DNA of 63,894 nt, filler included, from an uncultured bacterium (GTDB taxonomy: Bacteria; CAYJRR01), in NCBI GenBank assembly GCA_964372275.1. It is 4 parts of 4 records of this genome, joined end to end, with 100 filler letters (N's around TTAATTAATTAA, not from the genome) between each part and the next. Parts side by side here need not be neighbours in the genome. Positions count along the whole stretch, not along the records: positions 39,750 to 58,876 come from CAYJRR010000089.1; positions 58,977 to 63,894 come from CAYJRR010000200.1; 2 more parts are not named here. One strand, written 5' to 3'. How positions within the stretch are numbered: position 1 is the stretch's first letter; each line of letters starts with the position of its first letter. A program made the position numbers and the translations under genes. Below are positions 56,768-63,894 of this stretch, piece after piece. The notes under the pieces are model-generated. The model worked only from the letters and a program-made list of their open reading frames with translations. It was not told where the DNA came from and did no database searches.

Positions 56768-58876
56768 CTATACCCACCAGTTGAGCCGTTCGAACTCTTC
56801 GGTCGGCACCGGGATGCGCACCGCGCCGTTGCGAGGATACCGGTCCACTTCGACACCGCCCGAGAAGAATCGCGCCGCCAGGTCGATCGTCGCGCCGTCG
56901 TGGGCCTGCAGCCAGGCGAACGGAATCTCGAGCTCCAGCACCTTGCCGTAGGCGATTCCGCTCCCCTCGCGGATCGGCCGGAAACCGGTCCCGTCCGGAC
57001 CGGAAAGCTCGTAGGAGCGCACGCCGGGCCGGAACGGGAACCGCGCCCGATACTCGACCGGAGCCGCCTCCCGTACCGCTCCCGGCGGCGAGATCACGAG
57101 CGACAGCACGACGCCGAGGTCGGCCTCCACGCGGTCGGCCTTGGCCAGCGGATCGAAGCGGAGGTACAGCCGCTCCAGGTCGAAGCCGTAGTGGAAGCCG
57201 ACGATGTGCGACGTCCCCTTGTGCATCGCTCCCTCCGAGCGTCCGACGGAGTAGTACCCGGCGCCGGTCCATTCGAAGTAGGAGTCGGCGAGTCCGTCGA
57301 TCCGTGGACGGAGGAGGAGGCGCGGGGGCCGCGCCGAAAGCTGCCGGCCGCGGCTCGAGATCGGAACCATCATCGCCGGCGGTGGCTCCAGGCCGACGGC
57401 ACGGTAGGCGTTGGCGAGGTGGGCGCGGAAGAGCTGGTCGAACTCGGCGTCGTTGTCGCTCGAGAAGTCGTCGCCGAACCACCAGAACCAGTCGCTTCCT
57501 TCGGCGCGCCGCAGACAGTCGAGGGCGCGCTCCCGCGCGGCCTCGTCGAGCGAGCCCCGGTCGATCCGGCTCCGGACATCCTCCCGCGCGCGGCGCAGGA
57601 GGTTCCATCCGGCGTTGTCCTCGCCGTGGCCGATCCAGATGCGGTAGCTGGCTCCGATCCAGGAGCCGGAGTGCAGTCTGTCGAGCCGCTCGGGGGCGGG
57701 CGCCTCGTCGAGCGCCCGGGTGAAGGAGACGGCGCGGATCGGTCCGGCGCGACCGAGGCGGTCATAGAGCCGGGAAAGGAACTCCCGACCGCCGTCGGCG
57801 TAGTACTCCCACGGATTCTCGCCGTCGAGGATCACCGCGGCGCACGCGCGATCGCCCGAGGCCGCCGCTCGGATCGACTCGAGCCGGTCGAGGAGGTCGT
57901 CGACCGCTTGCGCCGCCGGCATCTTGGAGTAGGTGAAGCCGATCAGATCGGAGAGCGTCCGATCGCGGAAGAAGATCGCGATCTCCTCTTCATCGAAGGC
58001 GGCCCGCCACGGGTGATAGAGATCGGCATCGCGTTCCTTTCGCCCGAGGGAGCGGAACAGCACCTCTTCGTCGCTGGCGATCCAGCGCACGCCGGCGCGC
58101 CGGAAGAGGGGAACGACCTCCGGCGAGACGCTCCCCTCCGCCGGCCACATTCCCGCCGGCTTCCGGCCGAACGTCCGTTCGTGCCGCTCGGCCGCCGCCC
58201 GCACCTGCCAGGCGGCGTCCTCCGGCGCGGAAAAGTCGTCGGGCAGCGGTAGCTCGGGGATCGCCCGGCGTGCGTGCCGCGTGTTCACCAACAGGGGAAG
58301 GATCGGATGGTAGTAGGGGGTGCAGGTCAGCTCGACCCTGGCTTCGGCGGCGAGCCGCCGCCAGGTCGGCACCACCGAGGCGACCGCCTCGGCCTGCGCG
58401 TCGAGGAGGCGTCCCTTCTCCGATTCGGTGAAGCCGCCGCCTTTGGCAAGGAGCTCGGCGGCGATCGGATACCGCTCGCGCGCCGCCCATCCGAACCACG
58501 CGAGATTGAACCAGACCTGCAGGTCCCGCAGCTCGTCGGGTCCGAATCGCCGGGCCGCGCCCCCCTCGTCGAGGCTCGACGGTTCGAGACCGCGCTTCAA
58601 CAGGAGGGCGTGGTAGCGGGGATGGGGACGGACCATCGTCTCCCAGTTGGCCATGAAGAAGTAGCGCAGGAGGAATCGGGCCTCCCCGTCGTCGAGATCG
58701 GCCGCCGGTTTCCTCGACAGCGCCAGGAACTGATCGCGGAACGAGTCGTCCGAGCCCGACGCGTACCGTTCCAGCTGGTCGACGAGGACGGTGCCGACGG
58801 GGACGGGCACCCCCGACGCGAGCGGCGAGCGGTTCTCCGCAACGGCCCTGACCAGCTTCGCCTCGCTGGCGTCGAG
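56768..58876 (-). CDS. GH57 amylopullulanase-like glycoside hydrolase, 5' truncated
   Basis: DLQVWFNLAW, PYYHPILPLL, GMWPAEG, SDLIGF, ILDGENPWEYY, AEGSDWFWW, FDQLFR. Confidence 0.92.
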   Translation of the reverse strand, partial: LDASEAKLVRAVAENRSPLASGVPVPVGTVLVDQLERYASGSDDSFRDQFLALSRKPAADLDDGEARFLLRYFFMANWETMVRPHPRYHALLLKRGLEPSSLDEGGAARRFGPDELRDLQVWFNLAWFGWAARERYPIAAELLAKGGGFTESEKGRLLDAQAEAVASVVPTWRRLAAEARVELTCTPYYHPILPLLVNTRHARRAIPELPLPDDFSAPEDAAWQVRAAAERHERTFGRKPAGMWPAEGSVSPEVVPLFRRAGVRWIASDEEVLFRSLGRKERDADLYHPWRAAFDEEEIAIFFRDRTLSDLIGFTYSKMPAAQAVDDLLDRLESIRAAASGDRACAAVILDGENPWEYYADGGREFLSRLYDRLGRAGPIRAVSFTRALDEAPAPERLDRLHSGSWIGASYRIWIGHGEDNAGWNLLRRAREDVRSRIDRGSLDEAARERALDCLRRAEGSDWFWWFGDDFSSDNDAEFDQLFRAHLANAYRAVGLEPPPAMMVPISSRGRQLSARPPRLLLRPRIDGLADSYFEWTGAGYYSVGRSEGAMHKGTSHIVGFHYGFDLERLYLRFDPLAKADRVEADLGVVLSLVISPPGAVREAAPVEYRARFPFRPGVRSYELSGPDGTGFRPIREGSGIAYGKVLELEIPFAWLQAHDGATIDLAARFFSGGVEVDRYPRNGAVRIPVPTEEFERLNWWV

Positions 58877-58976
58877 NNNNNNNNNNNNNNNNNNNNNNNN
58901 NNNNNNNNNNNNNNNNNNNNTTAATTAATTAANNNNNNNNNNNNNNNNNNNNNNNNNNNNNNNNNNNNNNNNNNNN
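58877..58976. other. Artificial contig linker
   Basis: N44-TTAATTAATTAA-N44. Confidence 0.99.
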
Positions 58977-60358
58977 CGCTCCAACAGCTTCTGCGGCGAG
59001 AGGACCCCCATGCGCGCCGCAGCCAGCTCGATCGCCAGCGGAATGCCGTCGAGCTGCTTCACGATCTCGGCGATCGCCGCGGCGTCGGCCGCCGACGGCG
59101 CGTACCCCTTCCTCACCTCGCGCGCGCGCTGCAGGAAGAGCTGCGCCGCCTCCGACTCGAGCGGATTCCCCCCGTCGCCCTGGCTACCGAGCGGCTTGAG
59201 CTCGTAGGCCGTCTCCCCCGGGATCCGCAGCCGTTCCTGGGAGCTGACCAGGAACCGCGCCTCCGCCGCGAGCTGCATCCAACGGCCGACGGTGGCCGCG
59301 GCGTGCTCGACCACCTGCTCGAAGTTGTCGAGCACCAGCATCGCCCGGCCGCGCCCCGCCAGGGCGGTGCCGATCTGGTTCACGGTGTCGCCGGAGCTCT
59401 TGCCGCCGGTGAGCGGGATGTTGAGCGCCGCGCCGATCGCGATGCAGATCCCGTCGAGGCTCCGCGCCTCGGTCAGATCGCAGAACCAGACGCCGCCATC
59501 GCGCGCGTAGTCGTCCAGGTGGATCGCCGCGTAGCGGGTCGACAGCCGCGTCTTTCCGGTTCCGCCCGGGCCCATCAACGTCACCAGGCGCGCGCCCCCC
59601 TGCACGATCGCGTGCAGCGCCTCGAGATCGGCGGCCCGCCCGACGAACGGGGTCGGGTGCGGCGAGAGGTTCGTCTTGCGGACGTCGACCGTCTTCAGCG
59701 GCGGGAAGGTCCGGCCTTCGAGCGAACGGGGCAGCGCCTGGAACAGACGTTCGGCCGATTCCAGGTCCTTGAGGCGGTGCTCGCCGAGGTCGGTGAGCAG
59801 CGGATCGCCCAGCGCCGCCAGATCGGCCTGGATCTCCTTCCATACTCGATGACTGAGGAGGATCTGTCCGCCGTGTCCGGCCGAACCGATCCGCGCGGCG
59901 CGATTCACCACCGGACCGAAGTAGTCCATCCGGCCGGTGACCGGATCGGGCACGCACTCCGGCTCTCCGGCGTGCACCCCCATGCGAACGCGGATTCCGC
60001 GGCGGAGGACACGGCCGTCGGCGGCCAGCTCCTCCTTCCCCAGCTCGTCGTCGAGGAGCTGTGCCTCCCACGGCTCGTCGACGAGCTGCCGCTGCACGTC
60101 GAGGCACCATTGCACCGCGTCACGCGTCGAACGGAACGCGACGATGAAGGCGTCCCCTTCGGTCTTCACCTCGTAGCCGTTGCGCGCCACGATCGCGCGC
60201 CTCAAGGCGGCGTTGTGCTGATCCAACGCGCGCCGCATCTGGTCGGGGCGGCGCTCCCAAAGCTTCGTCGACCCCTGGATGTCGGTGAAGACGAGCGCGA
60301 TGGCGCCGACGGGCGCCATCGCGGGTGTGGCATCGGAGCGGGTGGGCGCGTCGCTCAT
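58977..60358 (-). CDS. Class III adenylate/guanylate cyclase fused to STAND-type ATPase, 3' truncated
   Basis: FTDIQGST, VKTEGDAF, RMGVH, DYFGPVVNRAAR; GPGGTGKTRL, LVLDNFE, DGIPLAIELAAA. Confidence 0.93.
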
Positions 60359-60397
60359 CGGGCGAGGGATCGTAACCCCTCGCCCGACGCTCGGAAA

Positions 60398-61384
60398 CTA
60401 CGGCTGCGAGACCGGGCCGCCCTGGGCGACCTGTCCGGCCTGCGCCACCTGCGAGGTCTGGCCGACCTGGCCGGCGTCCGGCTGGTGGGCGGAGTAGACC
60501 ATCCCGACCACCTTCTCCGACCGCACGCCGTGGACGTCGGTGACCGAGATCAGCAGCGGATCCCCTTCGACGGTGTTCGCGGGGAGCACGGATCGGAGGA
60601 GACCCTTGCCGGTCGCGGGATCGACCCCGACGCTGGGATTGACCGTGACGCCGGTGCGCTGGTTGCGGATCGCGACGGTGGCGAACGGCTCGACGGCGCC
60701 GTCGCCGACGATCTGCGCCTTTCCGTCCTTCGTCTCGAATCGCAGGCACTGTTCGAGGATCACCGGCGCGGTGACGTCCGGCTCCGGACCGGTCTGCGTG
60801 TTGACGCGGCTTCCGTTGGCCTGCAGGAAGGCGTGGGTGGTGTTCGAGCGCAACGGACTGAAACGGTGGGTGGTCGGCTGGCTGCGGTTGTTGGACGGAT
60901 CGACGGCCCAGACGGTGTAGACGTCGCCGGAGCGGATCCCCAGCGCCGTCATCTCCTCGGCGTTGATCGCCGATGCGGCGCGGCCCTCGAGCAGGTTGGC
61001 GCCGGTGATCTTGTACTCCTGCTTCTCCTTGTCGCCGGCATTCGGGTTCCTGGAGCGGTTCACGAAGAACAGGCGGGTGCCGGTCTCGATGTTGGAGAAC
61101 TCCACGTACGCCGGATCGCGACGCGGCCCGGTCGTGGCGGAGCGCGACCAGGGACCGTAGGCGATGCTGACCTGGATGTTCGGCTGCGGCGGAGGCGTGA
61201 CGTCCTTGGGATGGACGGCGACGTGCGTGGTGGCGATCGCCGAGGCCGCCGCGATCGAATCGGCGAGGCTGATCACCGCGGAGGCGGCGGCGCTCTGCGG
61301 ATCGCAGTCGGCGGAGGCGCTGCCGGAGGCGAGGACACCGGAAACGGCGACGAGCGACGGAATCGTGAGTCGGAGGGCGCGCAT
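60398..61384 (-). CDS. Secreted hypothetical protein with Ig-like beta domains and Gln-rich tail
   Basis: GGAGAG RBS, signal peptide ending ASA, WAVDPSNNRS and SVTDVHGVRS repeats, GAVEP motif, GQVAQ tail. Confidence 0.75.
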   Translation of the reverse strand: MRALRLTIPSLVAVSGVLASGSASADCDPQSAAASAVISLADSIAAASAIATTHVAVHPKDVTPPPQPNIQVSIAYGPWSRSATTGPRRDPAYVEFSNIETGTRLFFVNRSRNPNAGDKEKQEYKITGANLLEGRAASAINAEEMTALGIRSGDVYTVWAVDPSNNRSQPTTHRFSPLRSNTTHAFLQANGSRVNTQTGPEPDVTAPVILEQCLRFETKDGKAQIVGDGAVEPFATVAIRNQRTGVTVNPSVGVDPATGKGLLRSVLPANTVEGDPLLISVTDVHGVRSEKVVGMVYSAHQPDAGQVGQTSQVAQAGQVAQGGPVSQP

Positions 61385-61444
61385 GGTTCTTCTCTCCCGG
61401 GGCGGAGGTTGGTCGGTGGGTTGGAATCGGTCGCGGCGCGCGTA

Positions 61445-61460
61445 AGCAGCGGCCGTGCCA
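61445..61460 (-). promoter_or_regulatory. Sigma54 (-24/-12) promoter
   Basis: Minus strand TGGCACGGCCGCTGCT, GG-N10-GC. Confidence 0.7.
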
Positions 61461-61654
61461 TCGGCCACCCGCGCGCGCGGCGAACGAAAAGCTCGGTCGC
61501 ATTCGACGCTTTTCGCGCTCGCCGCCCGGCGTTGAGACGCGCGCTATCCAGGGCGCGGACCTCCCGATGACGCGTCGCGTGAGACTCGCGATTCCCATCG
61601 AGTCAATGAGTTGCGACTCACCGACGGATCGCCGGTCGCCTCGCGATCGAACGA

Positions 61655-62206
61655 TCAGCCGCCGAAGAGCGCTTGCGGCCGCCGGTCGGACTCCCCGGTG
61701 CCGGCCTCGCGGAACGTCTCCACCCGTCCGGCGGCGAGGCTCGCCCAGAGCGCCACGCCGACGGTGGTGTCGAGCACCATCTGGCAGGCGCGGGGGATCT
61801 CGTGGTGCTCCGTGTCGAAACGCGGATCGGCGGCGAGCAGACGCTCGATGGCGGGCGGCGCGAATCGCTCGCGCAGCCGGCGGCGCCGGACCGCCTCGTT
61901 GGCGCCGCAGGCGACGAACAGCAGGGCGCACCGGGCGTCGCCGGCGGCCCGCATCAGCTCGCGGCGAGCCGCGGCCGAATGGAAGGGCGCGACGAACACG
62001 ACCGGCGACCCCGCCGCGAGCAGGCCGACGGCGCGGCGGAGGCCGGCGCCGTACTCCGCCGCCGACGGCAGCGGATCGGCGCGCCCCGGATCGACCTCCA
62101 GTTCGACGAGCGGGGCCTTCGTCCGTTCGGCGACGAGCCTGCCGAACCGCCTCCGGCCGGTTCCGGGCAAGCCGGCGACGGCGACCAGGACCGGAGGCGG
62201 GGTCAC
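61655..62206 (-). CDS. Degenerate AAA_33-type P-loop kinase-like protein
   Basis: GTG overlaps upstream TGA; VAVAGLPGTGRRR, VVFVAPF...RREL, LFVAC...RRRL, LDTT. Confidence 0.7.
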   Translation of the reverse strand: MTPPPVLVAVAGLPGTGRRRFGRLVAERTKAPLVELEVDPGRADPLPSAAEYGAGLRRAVGLLAAGSPVVFVAPFHSAAARRELMRAAGDARCALLFVACGANEAVRRRRLRERFAPPAIERLLAADPRFDTEHHEIPRACQMVLDTTVGVALWASLAAGRVETFREAGTGESDRRPQALFGG

Positions 62207-63234
62207 GTGCGCCCTTTCGACGGCTCGTGCGAGAGCGCCTGCTCCACCGCCCCCATCAGGCTCGGCATGCGGACCGGCTTTCGGAAGAACTTGTAGATCC
62301 CTTCCTCCTCGGGATGGCGCATGTCGTCGGAGAGCCCGAAGGCGCTGACCATGATGATGGGCACGGATGGGCGGACCTGCTTCACGTGATGGGCGAGCTC
62401 CACGCCGGAGCCGCCCGGCATTCGTTTGTCGGTGACGATCAGATCGAACCGCTCCTTGTCGAAGCGGGCGATCGCTTCGCGCCCGCTCATCGCGCGCGCG
62501 ACCTCGAACCCGTCCTCGACCAGCACCGACTCCAGTACGTCCAGGAACTCCGGGTCGTCGTCGACGATCAGGATCCGGGGCGGGCGGGCCGCCCGCTCCG
62601 CCAGCTCCGCGACCTCCTCCGGCGGCGACCGGCGCAGGAGCTCCACCCGGTCGGCGACGTAGTCGAGCCAGTCTTCGATCCGCAGCGAGGTCTCGATGAC
62701 GATGTGGCTTTCGGGGGGGACCTCGTCCAGGAACTCTTCGAACCGCCGCGTGTGCTCGACGTAGACGCGCCAGGTCTCGTCGATCAGGTCCTCCCGTCCC
62801 TCCCGTTCCAGGCGGCGCCGCAGCCGGTGGTATCGGACCGTCTCCCAGCAGAGGCACTCCACCGCCAGGAAGGCGGCCCCGACCCCGGCCGCCAGGTCGG
62901 CCGCGCGCCCCCGGTAGTCGCGAAGCTCGAAGGCGGCGTCGACGATCGCCGACCGGCCGGCCGAAAGGTAGGCGTGGGCCCGCTTCAGGACGGCGTCGTA
63001 GAGGCGCGATAGCGGATCGGGGCCGACGTCGGAATAGACGTCGATCGTCCCCTCCTTCAAGACGATGCCGCCGACCTCGACCTGGAGGACGTCCGACGAG
63101 ATCACCTCGGCGCCGATCCGCCGCGCCAGGGCTTCGGCGAAGGTCGTCTTGCCCACCCCCTGCACGCCGGAGGTGATCACCAGGATCGGGCGCGCCTCCT
63201 CCGCCGCCGTGCGTTCGCCCGTCTCTCCGGTCAT
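62203..63234 (-). CDS. AAA_33-type P-loop kinase fused to a C-terminal receiver domain
   Basis: GVQGVGKTT, ISSD, AIVDAAF; then ILIVDDD, TDKRMP, MVSA, FRKP; GAGAGG RBS. Confidence 0.88.
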   Translation of the reverse strand: MTGETGERTAAEEARPILVITSGVQGVGKTTFAEALARRIGAEVISSDVLQVEVGGIVLKEGTIDVYSDVGPDPLSRLYDAVLKRAHAYLSAGRSAIVDAAFELRDYRGRAADLAAGVGAAFLAVECLCWETVRYHRLRRRLEREGREDLIDETWRVYVEHTRRFEEFLDEVPPESHIVIETSLRIEDWLDYVADRVELLRRSPPEEVAELAERAARPPRILIVDDDPEFLDVLESVLVEDGFEVARAMSGREAIARFDKERFDLIVTDKRMPGGSGVELAHHVKQVRPSVPIIMVSAFGLSDDMRHPEEEGIYKFFRKPVRMPSLMGAVEQALSHEPSKGRT

Positions 63235-63424
63235 GCGTGGTCCTCTCGGGACGTGTTCGCCCGCGTCAAGCGTTTTCTATAGGCATCCACACGGCGCGCG
63301 GAAGTCCGGTGAACGCGGGTGGCGTCGGAAAGCCGCCACGCGTACGTCGGGCGCACGCAACCGATGCGAGTCGAAGAGTCGCTCGCCACGGAGCAGGGAG
63401 CCCCCTACAATCGACGAACCCCAG

Positions 63425-63894
63425 ATGAAGATCGCTCTCACGCACAACCTGAAGCTGACCTCCCACATCGAAGAAGCCGAGTTCGACACCCCCGAGACGA
63501 TCGACGCACTGGCCGCCGCCCTCACCGCCCGCGGGCACGAGGTGGAGCGCATCGAGGTCTCCGGCCCCGCCAGCCGCCTGGTGGCCCGACTCGAGGCCTA
63601 CTCCCCCGACCTGATCTTCAACACCGCCGAGGGCCGCCGCGGTCGCACCCGCGAGGCGTTCTACCCGGCGCTGTTCGACGAGCTCGGCTTCCCCTACACC
63701 GGCAGCGACGCCTACACGCTGGCGATCACCCTCGACAAGGCGCTCACCAAGAAGATCCTCGCCGGCTACGGCGTGCCCAGCCCGCGCGGACGCTTCGTCA
63801 CCCGCGCCACGCTCGGCGGCGGGGGGCTGGACGACCTCGACTTCCCGGTGATCGTGAAGCCGAACTTCGAGGGCTCCTCGAAGGGGATCGGGGA
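63425..63894 (+). CDS. D-Ala-D-Ala ligase-like ATP-grasp protein, runs off the window
   Basis: MKIALTHNL...AEFD, DLIFNTAEG, PYTGSD, TLDKALTK, FPVIVKPNFEGSSKGI (not in the ORF track). Confidence 0.9.
   Translation, partial: MKIALTHNLKLTSHIEEAEFDTPETIDALAAALTARGHEVERIEVSGPASRLVARLEAYSPDLIFNTAEGRRGRTREAFYPALFDELGFPYTGSDAYTLAITLDKALTKKILAGYGVPSPRGRFVTRATLGGGGLDDLDFPVIVKPNFEGSSKGIG

Overview
Very GC-rich bacterial DNA; gene content suggests a Myxococcota/deltaproteobacterial-type diderm, probably a metagenome-assembled genome (inference). The window is not one locus. Four contigs (1-19801, 19902-39649, 39750-58876, 58977-63894) are joined by artificial N44-TTAATTAATTAA-N44 linkers, and there are two 100-N scaffold gaps, so gene neighbourhood only holds within a contig. 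Contig 1 holds the strongest hidden signal: two selenoprotein genes within about 3.7 kb that the ORF track breaks at in-frame TGA codons, each followed by a SECIS-like hairpin. One is a UxxC thioredoxin-TPR protein (14819-15391) and the other a CUAEP-tail radical SAM enzyme (17037-18548); they cluster with yggX, an ATP-grasp ligase, a molybdopterin-binding-domain protein and a sigma54-driven papain-like protease. Contig 2 is an envelope/accessory region with an NHL-repeat protein, Ig-domain lipoprotein paralogs, an ECF sigma/anti-sigma/secreted caspase/lipoprotein module sharing a candidate promoter, a membrane spermidine-synthase-like protein and a PQQ dehydrogenase-diheme cytochrome fusion. 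Contig 3 carries lysS-lolC/E-lolD-bamA-skp-fabZ-lpxA-gnnA-lpxB, extended by a GT2 + ArnT-like GT + PHP phosphoesterase trio (candidate lipid A phosphate-to-sugar replacement module) and a waaA-lpxK fusion, then two GH57 genes. Contig 4 has a cyclase-STAND ATPase, a sigma54-driven secreted protein, a P-loop kinase-receiver fusion coupled to a degenerate kinase paralog, and a Ddl-like ATP-grasp gene. No rRNA, tRNA, CRISPR array or mobile element was recognised. All family calls come from motif recognition by eye; no database search was run.
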